Positions 24,181 through 35,286 of a DNA stretch of 47,544 bases are shown piece after piece; the first letter of the stretch is position 1; the number at the start of each line of letters is the position of its first letter. Under the pieces are notes generated by a model. That model did no database searches, was not told the DNA's origin, and saw only the letters and a list, made by a program, of their open reading frames with translations. The stretch is from Octopus sinensis (taxonomy: Eukaryota). A program made the translations under genes and the position numbers. The stretch covers positions 1 through 47,544 of the forward strand of contig NW_021834654.1 in assembly GCF_006345805.1 (NCBI RefSeq), in the 5' to 3' direction.

Positions 24181-24324
24181 GAGTGGCTTTCATTGACCAA
24201 AATATTTGTCTCTGTGTTTGTTTCAAACAGAATTAATTTTTTTCGCCATTATGCAAATTACTTGTAAACCAATCAATATTCGATTAACAAAAATTACCAA
24301 AGCATATCTAATTAGAAACACGCG

Positions 24325-24335
24325 CATTATTATTA

Positions 24336-24382
<47 letters not shown>

Positions 24383-24506
24383 GTAGTAGTAGTAGTTGTA
24401 GTAGTAGTAATAGTAGTGGTGGTGGTGGTAGTAGTAATAGTAATTATTATTTATAGAAGGGAAATAACAATAGCAGCAGCAACAGCAACAACAATATTAA
24501 TATTAA

Positions 24507-24544
<38 letters not shown>

Positions 24545-24578
24545 ATTATTAATAATATTAATAATAATAATAATAATA

Positions 24579-24641
<63 letters not shown>

Positions 24642-25160
24642 TGAATAATCATATGCAATGCTGCTACTGATGTTGAACATCAAAGTACTTTTTTTCATGT
24701 TGGTGTCAGAGTCATTATAGCCGTTGATGACGATGATGATGATGTGGATATAGATGATGGTGTCGGTGTGAGGGTTATAGCGTTCGTGGTGGTAATGAAA
24801 ATGGTGATGTGATGGCGATGGCGATGGCGATGATGATGACGTCGGCGGTTATGGTCGTTGGAGACGATGGTGGTGATGATGACCACGATCATGTTGATGA
24901 CGAGGATGGTGGTGGTGGGGGGTGATGATGGTGATAGTGATGATGCTGATGGTCATGGTCATGGTCATGGTGTTGATCATGGTGGCGGTGGTGGTGGTGC
25001 TTTGATGATGATGATGATGGTGATGGTGACGGTCATGGTGATAACGATGTACTTTTTGATGAGTAGCCCTTCTAGTAGCACAAATCATCATCCACACCAC
25101 GACCACGACCACGACCACCATCATCACCACCACCACCACCACCACCACCACCACCACCCT
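24325..25160. repeat. (ATT)n/(AAT)n/(GTA)n/(GAT)n/(CAC)n trinucleotide tracts
   Basis: Direct observation. Confidence 0.9.
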
Positions 25161-25813
25161 CACCACCGCCCTCCTCTCACCAGCTTCGACCGATCCTAAT
25201 TTTAAATATGATATGAGGAACAACTGCGATGTAACAGTTACATTAAAGAAAATTGTGGCCCGTTTCTCTCTCTCCTCTCTCTCTCTCTCTCTCCTTCTCT
25301 TTCTCAATCGCCCATCCCACTCTCTCTCTCAATCACCCCATCCCCCTCTCTCTCAGCCACCCCATCTCTCTCTAGCTCAATCACCCCACCTCCCTCTCTC
25401 AATTACCCCATCCCTATCCTTTTCTCTCGCTCTTCCTCTAGATATAGATCTTCCTTCATTTTGAAGACAGTATCTTCGGAGCCTGTTGTGAACGGAGCAG
25501 AATAAAAGCGAACAATGATTTTAAACTGATAAATTGCAAATGAATTAGCAACAACGAGGGCCTTTTTCTAGTTGTAGATTAAGACATAATTGATTCAAAC
25601 AAGGAACATTTACACTTTTACATTCTAGTACTAACAGACCACTGAAGTACGTTCGATCGTAGTTGCACTTTTAAGTTATTTATATTTATCTGCCAATAAA
25701 GGCAGCCATGTTGAACTGATGTCAACGATGGATCCACATCCAGAGTTATAAAAAAAATAAAACTAGTGTTATACAGACAGGGATAGGCAAAAGTAGGTAT
25801 ACGGTTGCTTAAC

Positions 25814-26224
25814 AGGCGTGGTCGTGTGGCAAGAAACTTGCTTCCCAACCACATGGTTCCTGGTTCAGTCCCATTGCGTGGCACTTTGGGTAAGTTAAGT
25901 GTCTTCTGCTATAGTCTCAGGCTGACCAAAGCCTTGTGAGTGGATTTGGTAGACGGAAACTGAAAGGAGCCCCACCCACACACTCAAACACACATGTATA
26001 TATCTCTTTTACTCTTTTACTTGTTTCAGCACATCGACCCCAGGACTTATTCTTTGTAAGCCTAGTACTTATTCTATCGGTCTCTTTTGCCGAACTGCTA
26101 AGTTACGGGGACGTAAACACATCAGCATCGGTTGTCAAGCGCTGTTGGGGACAAACACACACACACAAACATACACACACACGCACACACACACATGTAT
26201 ATATATATATATATATTATATATA

Positions 26225-26255
<31 letters not shown>

Positions 26256-26450
26256 GATATATATATATATATATGCATATATGCGACGGGTTCCTTTCAG
26301 TTTCCGTCTACCAAATCCACTCACAAGGCTTTGGTCAGCTCGAGGTTATAGTAGAAGACACTTGCCCGTTGCCACGCAGTGGGACTGAACCCGGAACAAT
26401 GTGGTTGGAAAGCAAGCTACTACCACACAGCCGCTCCTGTATATACTGTG

Positions 26451-26513
<63 letters not shown>

Positions 26514-26796
26514 GTGTATGTATGTATGTATGCATGTATGTATGTATGTATGTATGTATGTATTTATGTGTGTGTTTTTTGTCTATGTTTGTCTCCCACC
26601 ACCGCTTGACAATCGGTGTTGGTGTGTTTGTTTCCCCGTAACTTAGCGGTTCGGCAAAAGAGCCTGGTAGAACACATACCTGGCTTAAAAAGTAAAAGAA
26701 GTACTGGAGTCGATTCATTCATTCGACTATAAATTTCAAAGTGGTGCCCCAGCATGGCCGCAGTCTAATGGCTGAAACAAGTAAAAGATAAAAGAC
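25814..26796 (+). mobile_element. SINE family A copy split in its linker (5' half 25814-25972, 3' half 26567-26796)
   Basis: Both halves are on the + strand in the correct order and flank a complete opposite-strand copy. Confidence 0.75.
26007..26438 (-). mobile_element. SINE family A, full length, nested
   Basis: Complete tail, linker and head on the minus strand. Confidence 0.85.
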
Positions 26797-26834
26797 AAAC
26801 GTGGAATGTTCTTTTCATTCCTGTTTCTTTTCTA

Positions 26835-27050
26835 TTCTTTTATTCCCCTATTCGTTTCAGTCATATGGCTGCGGCCATTCTAGAGCACCGGCTTTAGTCG
26901 AACAAATCAGCCCCCAGGACTTATTCTTTGTAAGCCTAGTACTTATTCTGTCGGTCTTTTTTGCCGAACTGCTAGGTTACGGGGACGTAAAACAGACCAA
27001 CATCAATTGTCAAGCGTTGGTGGGGGGGGGGGCACAAACTGATACAAACA
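26835..27050 (-). mobile_element. SINE family A, 3' half
   Basis: TTTCAGTCATATGGCTGCGGCCAT...GGGGACGTAAAAC...TTGTCAAGCG. Confidence 0.8.
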
Positions 27051-27097
<47 letters not shown>

Positions 27098-27111
27098 GTA
27101 TATATAAACAA

Positions 27112-27195
27112 CACGTCACCCAATCCAGAAATGGAAACCACAATCTTACGATCATCATTCCAACACCCTAACCACTGAGCCATGCACCTCCACTA
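27112..27195 (-). mobile_element. SINE family C head fragment
   Basis: CCAACACCCTAACCACTGAGCCATGC, as at 7380-7412. Confidence 0.6.
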
Positions 27196-27284
27196 GCCAA
27201 GTAGTAGGGTAAGGTATCGATTACCCTTCCCCATAAAATTGGCCCATTATATAAAAAAAAATTGGTGGCAAGCTTACAGAAGTG

Positions 27285-27760
27285 TGAAAGCGTCGGAAAA
27301 AAATTGTTTCACGTCATTTGTTTTATTTCTTAAGGTTTTGAGTTCAAATCTCGCCGAAGTAAACTTTACCTTTGATCCTTTTGGGATTGGTAAAATAAAA
27401 TATCAATCAAGTACTGGGGACGGTGGTATCGATTAATTTCTCCCACAAAATTGCTGGCCTTGTGCCAAAATATGAAGTTAGTCGGTTACAAAAAAGAAAT
27501 AGAAAAAAATTTTGCTGCTGTTTCTAGCAGATTGGCCGACTATGTAGTATAGTGATACCCTCGTTGGTTTTGCTTAACGCTGCGGCTGAGCGGTATTTCT
27601 GCAGGTTCTTTACATTCTGAGTTCAAATCACGCCGAGGTCAAATCTTCCCTTGATCCTTTCGGGATTTATGAAATAAAGTACCACTCAAGTATTGGGGTC
27701 GACGGAACCATTTAATCCCTCTCCACTCAAAATTGCTGGCCTTGTTCCTAAACCAGAAAC
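27285..27760 (+). mobile_element. Two diverged family D SINE copies (27285-27478 and 27575-27760)
   Basis: Both contain TGAGTTCAAAT.(T)CGCCGA..., GATCCTTT.GGGATT and AAAATTGCTGGCCTTGT. Confidence 0.7.
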
Positions 27761-27996
27761 CACCTTTAGTCTGTTAACCGAGGCTTTTGTAATTTTTTCC
27801 GATTTTTTTTGCTCCGCGACAACTAACAACATTATACCTGTTGGAAACTATCCCGCATCAAGGCCTATCATTTAACGGGACTTGCTGAGCATGTAATGGG
27901 CTTGATCGATGAAGTATGCTAATTGTTCCATATGTTACATGCTTCCCACTTCATATTCCCTTAAGATAGAATAGATTATTTTGCAGTGAGCATGAG

Positions 27997-28181
27997 AAAT
28001 TTAACATTTCAGGAAAGGTTATTCACGTGACTTCTATCGGGAACTAAAACCGGTTTGCGAATTCGCTTCGCTGGATGATTTTGCCACGAGGAACAAAAAT
28101 CTAACATTTCCAAAAAAGATTGTTCATGTGACTTCTGTCGGGAACCGAAACCGGTTTGCGAATTCGCCTCGCTGGATGATT
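27997..28181 (+). repeat. Two ~100-bp tandem units with an internal GCGAATTCGC palindrome
   Basis: AAAT(T/C)TAACATTTC at 27997 and 28097. Both units end in CGCTGGATGATT. Confidence 0.85.
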
Positions 28182-28719
28182 ATCTGTTAATGAACAACAT
28201 TCACCATCACGTTGGATTCTTTAGGCAGGACACAAAAGCCGTATATTTTTTTAGCGGTCACAGTAACGTAACATTACTGCTTTCATCGACTTGTCATGAA
28301 CATCAACAGCGCATGAGAAATAAATTGGCTACAACCGGAAATCAAAACCGGGTTGTGGTTATGGCTCAGTGGAAACTGGTCCTTTGTTGAATAGCGAGGG
28401 CTTTTTATTGAAATATATTGTTTTAGACCATGTTCATTGTGTGTACATGTTTGTACGTGCGTGTAACCCCTGTGTGCAAGTCGCTTGTGTGTTGTGTGAG
28501 TGTTTTTGTTCTTCGCGTGTTTTGCGTTCTAGTTTGTATGACTCTATGACTGTATATGCTTGCGTGCGGTGTGAGTGAGTATGTGTGTCTATGAGCGTGT
28601 GTATGTGTGTCTATGAGTGTGTGTATGTGTGAATGTGTATCCTGTATGCTTTATGAGAGAAGGTATATTACAAGAACAATAAACACAGATAAATATTCAC
28701 ACATGCAATAAACCCAGCA

Positions 28720-29905
28720 AAACGTCGTCGTCATCATCAGAATCCTCATTCATCATCGTCATCAGCGTCTTCGCATTCATCGTCGTCATTCTTCTCCTCC
28801 TGCACCTCCTCTCCTTCACTTCATCCTCCTGCACCTGTACCTCCTCCTCATGCTCCTCCTCCTGCATTTCCTCGTCCTCCACCTCCTCCTCGTCGTCATC
28901 GTCGTCGTCGTCGTCCTCCTCTTCCTCCTCATCATCAACATCATCAATATCACTAAGATCATCGTGATCCTCGAGATGATGGTGATAACAACGATCATCT
29001 TGATCCTCCTCTTCCTCCTCGTCGACGTCGTCATCATCCTCATCGTCATCATCGTCATCCTCGTTACCACCACCACCACCACCTCCACCACCACCACCAC
29101 CACCACCACCACACCTCCACACCACCACCCCACCACCACCACCACAACAACAACAACAACAGCAACAGCAACAGCAGCAGCAGCAGCAGCAATAGTCAAT
29201 ATATGCACAAATTCAAAAAACACCACGAAGAAGAACAACAAAAGTTGTCAATAGGTTCAAATTATGGAGGAACAACAACCGATAATGTCCGCAAACAAAA
29301 CAACAAGAACGACAACAACAATAACAAAAACAGCAACAACAATCTATAGCCGCATGTATAGCATCTACGATATTAGCAAAAAACAACAACAAACAGACAA
29401 AACAAACAAACAAAACACCAGAGCAAAACAGAAGTTGATATCCACGATTAAAATAGCAAAAGCAACAAACAATATCCACAAATATAATCGTCAGCAGCAG
29501 CAGTACCGCCACCACCAACAGCACCACCGCCACCGCCACCGCCACCGCCGCCGCCACCACCACCACCTCCATCGCCACCACCTACAACAACAACAACAAC
29601 AACAGCAACAACAACAACGGCAACAACCCCTCCATCATCGTCAACCACCACCACCAACAACAGCTATAACAACTACACAACCAACAGTTACGCCACCAAC
29701 ACTACCACCATCACAATCACCACCATCATCACCATCACCACCATCATCAACACCACCATCATCATTTTCACCACCACGACCATCATCACGATAATTACTA
29801 TCATCGCCGCCACCACCTTTACCACCACCATCACCACCACCAACAACAACAACAACCCCTCCCGTCGCCGCCGCCGCCGCCGCCACCAGCACCAGCACCA
29901 GCACC
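28720..29905. repeat. Mixed trinucleotide low-complexity region (TCC/TCA/CCA/CAA/GCC)
   Basis: Direct observation. Confidence 0.9.
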
Positions 29906-29908
29906 AGT

Positions 29909-30095
29909 GGAGGTGCAATGGCCCAGTGTTTAGGGCAGCGGACTCGCGGTCGTAAGAACGCGGTTTCGATTCCCAGACTGGGCATTGTGAGTGTTTATTG
30001 AGCAAAAACACCTAAGCTCCACGAGACTCCGGCGGGGAAGAAGTGGTGAACCCCGCTGTACTTTTTCACCACAACTTTCTTTCACTCTTTCTTCA
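29909..30095 (+). mobile_element. SINE family B, 5' part
   Basis: GGACTCGCGGTCG...TTTATTGAGCAAAAACACCTAAGCTCCACG, homologous to 11020-11290. Confidence 0.75.
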
Positions 30096-30473
30096 TACTT
30101 CTGCCACAAAGCAGAGGAACCATGGTGTAACTCACTATTGTGTGGTAAACTTTCAGACCCTAATCTAGATTGCGAATCCTCTGTACCCCAGGATGGTTCA
30201 GCTCTCCACCCGTTAAAAGCCACCGTTTACGGAATGAGGATAACAACGTAGCTTTCGCTCCCGTGCAACCGCCAGTCTATCGCGTGTGGTGGGTGGATCT
30301 TCAAGTTGCCACACGCATTCTTAGCAGCTTAGAGTAGGCTCGAATTAGAGATTACTCCTTGTGGATAATGGCGTGTGCCCTGATTGGAAGAAGAAGAAGA
30401 AGGAGGAGGAGGAGGAGGAGGAGGAAAAGAAGAAGAAGAAGAAGAAGAAGAAGAGAAGAAGAAGAAGAAGAAG

Positions 30474-30505
<32 letters not shown>

Positions 30506-30643
30506 CCAGCACAATCATTACTACCAAAACATCAGCATCAACTAGAATAACAAATCCTATAATCATTCGTGGTCTTGCATACAGAACAGCAAGTATCAAG
30601 ACAACAATATGTCTGTTCATTGTTAATACGTGAAATCTGATAG

Positions 30644-30843
30644 CTGTTGTTTTTAAGTCATCGGAGAATACCTCCTTCTTTTGACCGACGTGTGCTCATA
30701 ACATGTGATTCAGGGAGGCACGTAATAAGGTCAAAACACTCCGGTCTCTTAATGTCCGTCCTCTTTCGCCGGTGAAGCATGAGTGTTAGGAACATATATC
30801 ATTTAAAGAGAAGAGGTATTCTCCGATGATGAAAAAACAACAG
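30644..30843. mobile_element. Unclassified MITE-like element with ~31-bp imperfect TIRs
   Basis: CTGTTGTTTTTAAGTCATCGGAGAATACCTC and GAGGTATTCTCCGATGATGAAAAAACAACAG. No clear TSD. Confidence 0.6.
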
Positions 30844-30904
30844 TGGTCAGGTATTCACATCCCAATCTGCCGGAATGTATTAAGAATTATTAGATACACT
30901 ATTG

Positions 30905-30915
30905 AAATTGTTATT

Positions 30916-30982
<67 letters not shown>

Positions 30983-31376
30983 TATATTCGCAGTATAACC
31001 ACTAATACTCACATGTACAACAACAACATCAATAACAACAGCAGCGTGGACAAAAGCGTGGTCAACAATAGCAAGAACAACATAAAAAATAACAACAGCC
31101 TGTATGCGTAATTTACAACAACCGCTATCCATAACAACAACGACAATAACAGTAATAGCCAATAATCGCAAATACAGCAACAACAGTCGCTGTCCACAAC
31201 TACAGCTATAACAACAACAACAACAACAGGAGAGAGTATCCGCAATATCCACAACTACAACAACAACAACTTCAATAATGGCAGTCAATATCCACAAATA
31301 CCGCAAGAACAAGAACATCTAATATCCACATCAGGAACGATAATAGTAATAATAATATTCACAACAGGAATGGTAA

Positions 31377-31416
<40 letters not shown>

Positions 31417-31443
31417 TAATATAATAACAATAACAACAACAAC

Positions 31444-31483
<40 letters not shown>

Positions 31484-31527
31484 TAATAACAACAACAAAA
31501 ACAGCCAACAATAATAAATATAACATC

Positions 31528-31576
<49 letters not shown>

Positions 31577-31596
31577 TGGTGATGATGATGATGATG

Positions 31597-31635
<39 letters not shown>

Positions 31636-32160
31636 GCTAAAAGCAGAAGCCAATATCCACAACGACAGCAATAACAGGAACAACAACAGCTAATATCCGC
31701 CAAGAAAAGAACTACAGCAAAGGCTAATATTCCCCAATACAACAACAACAACAACAACAACAATTACAACAACAGTCAATGTCCACAAGCACAATAACAA
31801 CAATAAAAGTCAATATTCACAAACTCAACAACAACAACAAAACGAATATCCACAAATATAACAGCAATGACAAAAAAGTTAAGCCAATATCCAAAAAGGC
31901 AGCGGCAGCAGCAGCAGCAGCTATCTGCAAAAAAAAAAAATGAAAAACACAGCAAAAGCTAATATCCACAACTGTAACAAGCATAACAAATACACAAACG
32001 ATTAGTATCAACTACCACCATCACCATCACCACCATTACCACCACCACCACCACTACCACCACCACCACCACCACCACTACCACCACCACCACCACCACC
32101 ATCACCACGACGACGACAACAACAACAACAACAGCAAAAACAACAACAACAAAAACGATA
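30905..32160. repeat. CAA/TAA/CAG/CAC tracts punctuated by a recurring AATATCCACAA-like motif
   Basis: Direct observation; more than 10 variant copies of the motif. Confidence 0.85.
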
Positions 32161-32649
32161 ACAACTGCCATGGCGGACAAATCAATCCGTGTCTCGTTTA
32201 CAAAATATATTTTGGTGTGAGGAAACATACTTATAAAAGTAATATGAACTGACCCGAGACATCAGGGACGAACGTAACAACGGTACTTCCTGATGTTGTT
32301 GCTGTTGTTGTTGTTCTTGTCTTTCTGTTAAAGTCGAGTAATTTTCCCCGAATATTTGCAAATGATGTTGTTTCCCAGCAGGGTGCCCGGATCAATATCG
32401 ATCATTTACCTGCACATGTACGTGCACGCCCGGGATGATCTGATAAAAACTTAGTCTCTGCCCAAGCGAGTAAGTCGCTCCTTGTCACCCCACCGATGTT
32501 TACCCAAGGGAAAGAGCTCCGACTTAGGATGATACAACGTGGTACTAGAGAGTCATCACAGGTATTGCTTTCAGAGCGCAAAAGAGCCGGGTCAGATATT
32601 GCGAAGCATCTTTCCCGTCTCTCTTCTGACCCGCTCACTTACTGCTTTG

Positions 32650-32795
32650 AATTGCCCCTTTTTATCGACCCCCGAAACAGTTTAAGACAATGTTTGCCTC
32701 AACGGAATATGAACCTAGAGTGCAAAGATTCGGAACAAATATCCTGAGACATTCGATCTTAAACTCAAACAGCTCTGCTAATTCGCCTTATTTCA
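32650..32795 (-). mobile_element. Diverged SINE family D fragment
   Basis: TTTTATCGACCCCCGAAA...GCCTCAACGGAATATGAAC. Confidence 0.5.
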
Positions 32796-32827
32796 GACGA
32801 TTTCATAACCTTAGTAAGCTACATATA

Positions 32828-33067
32828 CTCTTTACTCTCTTTTACTCTTTTACTTGTTTCAGTCATGTGACTGTGGCCATGCTGGAGCAATGCCTTTAGT
32901 CGAGCAAATCGACCCAGGACTTGTTCTTTGTAAGCCTAGTACTTATTCTATCGGTCTCCTTTATCGAACCGCTAAGTTACGGGGACGTAAACACACCAGC
33001 ATCGGTTGTCAAGCGATGTTGGAGGGGGGGGGGCAAACACAGACACACAAACATATACATACATACA

Positions 33068-33098
<31 letters not shown>

Positions 33099-33686
33099 CA
33101 TACTTGTGGCTATGGCGAAAGAATGTATCTGGTGGACGCGTCTGAAAGGATTGGAGACAAACACTTTCCTCTCTGGTCAATCTCTCATCAACTTCTTCAA
33201 GTATCACTTGAAAAGGAAAGTCAGAGTAGAGAGGCAAGTTTTGTCTAGTGAATGTTTTTAAAAAAGATGGGTGAATGTAGCAAGGATGGCACGTATGAAT
33301 GACGAAGCCACCTTGACTATGATCCTATGAACCGTAAAAATTAATACAGAGTTGCTTATTTGTAAAGAAAATATAACATGTGACTTCATTGACCGAGGTT
33401 ACCGTGGTCTTTTCTGTAGGCTTTTCTTTCCACGGGTAAACCTCACCTGTCTTCCCCTTTACACTTTACATTGACATTTCTGTGATAACGATCCCTATTG
33501 ATCGATTTTTCTTTTCCCTTTTTTTTCTCTTTCTTTCCATTTATGATCCCTTTTGATCGAAAACCAACCCACCTTTTTTATCTCCAAAAAGAAAAGCTCT
33601 ACCTTGTAATTTGTCCCGTCTGTGTGCAGCCCTGTGTGGCTAATAAAGAAACATATATATATATATAATATATATATATATATCTA

Positions 33687-33727
<41 letters not shown>

Positions 33728-33773
33728 GTTCCTTTTTTATATATCACCACTCGTGTTCGACATCTCCTTTTTT

Positions 33774-33814
<41 letters not shown>

Positions 33815-33968
33815 GACGGGCTTCTTTCAGTTTCCGTCAACCAAATCCACTCACAAGGCTTTAGTCGGCCCGAGGCTATAGTAGAAGACACTTGCCCCAG
33901 TTGCCATGCAGTGGGACTGAACCCGGAACCATGTGGTTCGTAAGCAAGCTACTTATCACACAGCCACT
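32828..33968 (-). mobile_element. SINE family A copy split in its linker (3' half 32828-33052, 5' half 33811-33968)
   Basis: Both halves are on the minus strand in the correct order and flank a LINE fragment. Confidence 0.8.
33097..33652 (+). mobile_element. 5'-truncated Tx1/L1-clade LINE: ORF2 C-terminus, 3'UTR and polyA signal
   Basis: IILVAMAKECIWWTRLKGLETNTFLSGQSLINFFKYHLKRKVRVERQVLSSECF*KRWVNVARMARMNDEATLTMIL*, fitting the AKxxIWxxR...FxxxW pattern of L1/Tx1 C-termini. Stop at 33328-33330, pyrimidine-rich UTR, AATAAA at 33642-33647. Confidence 0.7.
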
Positions 33969-34731
33969 ACTACGCCTTTATAAATATCTCGCTTCGTGCG
34001 GATTCGTTGCTTTCACCGTTCTGTCGTTCTCCGACGGCGCTTCGATTTATGAAAAATATTTGTATAAACCGAAAACATCGTTTCACCGATATTCAATATC
34101 CGCAACCATCATGTCTTCTTTTTCTGACATATTATATTGAGCTTTTAGTTTATCCTGTATTACTTAACCATTTTAAGGGCGGATATAGTCAAGGAAGTGT
34201 TTGCCGCAGTTTCTTTCAGGTCGAACGACTGCGTACTGAATAACATTGAAGGTTAGAGGTATTAACGACAGTTTTATGGAACTTTATGGAAATAAAAGAT
34301 TTCACTAACCCGAACGACATTCACATAGCAATAACTCAAGAAGCGCTCTCACTAATACAACACAGAACAGTCAGTATTCCAAATTATAGTAAGATCAAAC
34401 TAGACAGACACTTTTACAACTCGGGTGGTTTTATAACATACATAAAAGCTTGTGTTGATTATATAAATATCAGGAACGACAGTTATAAACTAATCGGAGA
34501 CGACACCGAGCAAGAAACGCAGGTTTTCAAAATAAAAACCAGCAGCGACAACGTTAATAAAATAAACACACACGCACGAACATATATTTATGTAGCATCG
34601 CTGACCTCACACATTGTTCTACCATGTTATATATATCTCACCTGCAATATTTTAACGCTCTGAAGCTCACCTCATTGTTTTGAAATGCTACAGATAACAG
34701 AATAGGTGACATAAAACAACTCAACTAAAAT

Positions 34732-34866
34732 CACGTTTCGGCTGATATACTCCCCAGCCTTCTTCAGGTGTCCACGGGCATATGGCGTAGTGGTTAAGAG
34801 CACGGGCTACTAACCCCAAGATTCCGAGTTCGATTCCAAGCATTGGCCTGAACAACAACAACAATG

Positions 34867-34901
<35 letters not shown>

Positions 34902-35089
34902 ACCAACAACAACAACATTGAAAAATACCTTAGGAATGAGAACACAGGTTCGAAATTTCCCCAAGACACCTGATGAATGGCTGGAGGGTATATCAGCCGA
35001 AACGTTGTGTTAACAACAAACAAAATGAGGACAAATATCCGTCGAGTGTAAATAATGTACTTAATTCCTCATCGCTTAAATGTAGAAAT
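34732..35089 (+). mobile_element. PLE-derived non-autonomous element (family E): inverted partial end, tRNA-like head, (CAA/TAA)n tract and hammerhead-bearing end
   Basis: 34732-34772 is an inverted copy of 34965-35006. A-box TGGCGTAGTGG and B-box GAGTTCGATTCC lie within 34773-34848. The right arm is shared with 47174-47265. Confidence 0.7.
34965..35011 (+). ncRNA. Minimal type I hammerhead-ribozyme-like motif
   Basis: Stem I GACAC/GUGUU, core CUGAUGA (34970-34976), AU insertion, stem II GGCUG/CAGCC, GAAA, palindromic ACGU stem III, and a GUU triplet with predicted cut at 35006/35007. Confidence 0.6.
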
Positions 35090-35217
35090 GTAAGGCTAGT
35101 AAAATCGACCGTGGCGGCATTTGAAATCAAGGTAAAGTCAAAAGAAATGTCGCTTAGTGATTTTTTTCCGGTACGGTCACGGTTCTTCCATCTCGTCTCC
35201 TTACCCACCAACGAAAA

Positions 35218-35285
35218 TATTGGTTTCAAATTTTGGTAGAAGACCAGCAAGTTGGGGAGGGGGTAAGTCGATTTAATCGAACCCA
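35218..35285 (-). mobile_element. SINE family D tail fragment
   Basis: ATTGGTTTCAAATTTTGG...CCAGCAAG..GGGGAGGGGGTAAGTCGATT, as at 16353. Confidence 0.6.
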
Positions 35286-35286
35286 T

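Noticed and set aside
28697-29128. Acidic D/E-rich 143-aa ORF on the minus strand
   Set aside because: A mosaic of trinucleotide repeats continuous with flanking low-complexity DNA, with no domain.
30100-30330. Possible RTE-type LINE 5'UTR fragment (CCACCCGTTAAAA...TTACGGAA) and small hairpin GCGTGTGG/CCACACGC
   Set aside because: The similarity is too short to support without a search.
32381-32445. EGF-like fragment GCPDQYRSFTCTCTCTPG
   Set aside because: Cysteine spacing is wrong, an in-frame stop follows immediately, and the pattern arises from a TGCAC/TGTAC micro-repeat.
34773-34848. tRNA gene (Ser-like CTACTAA loop); likewise the heads at 11020, 42326, 10586 and 16553
   Set aside because: Acceptor and T stems do not pair properly, and each head continues into a repeated SINE body.
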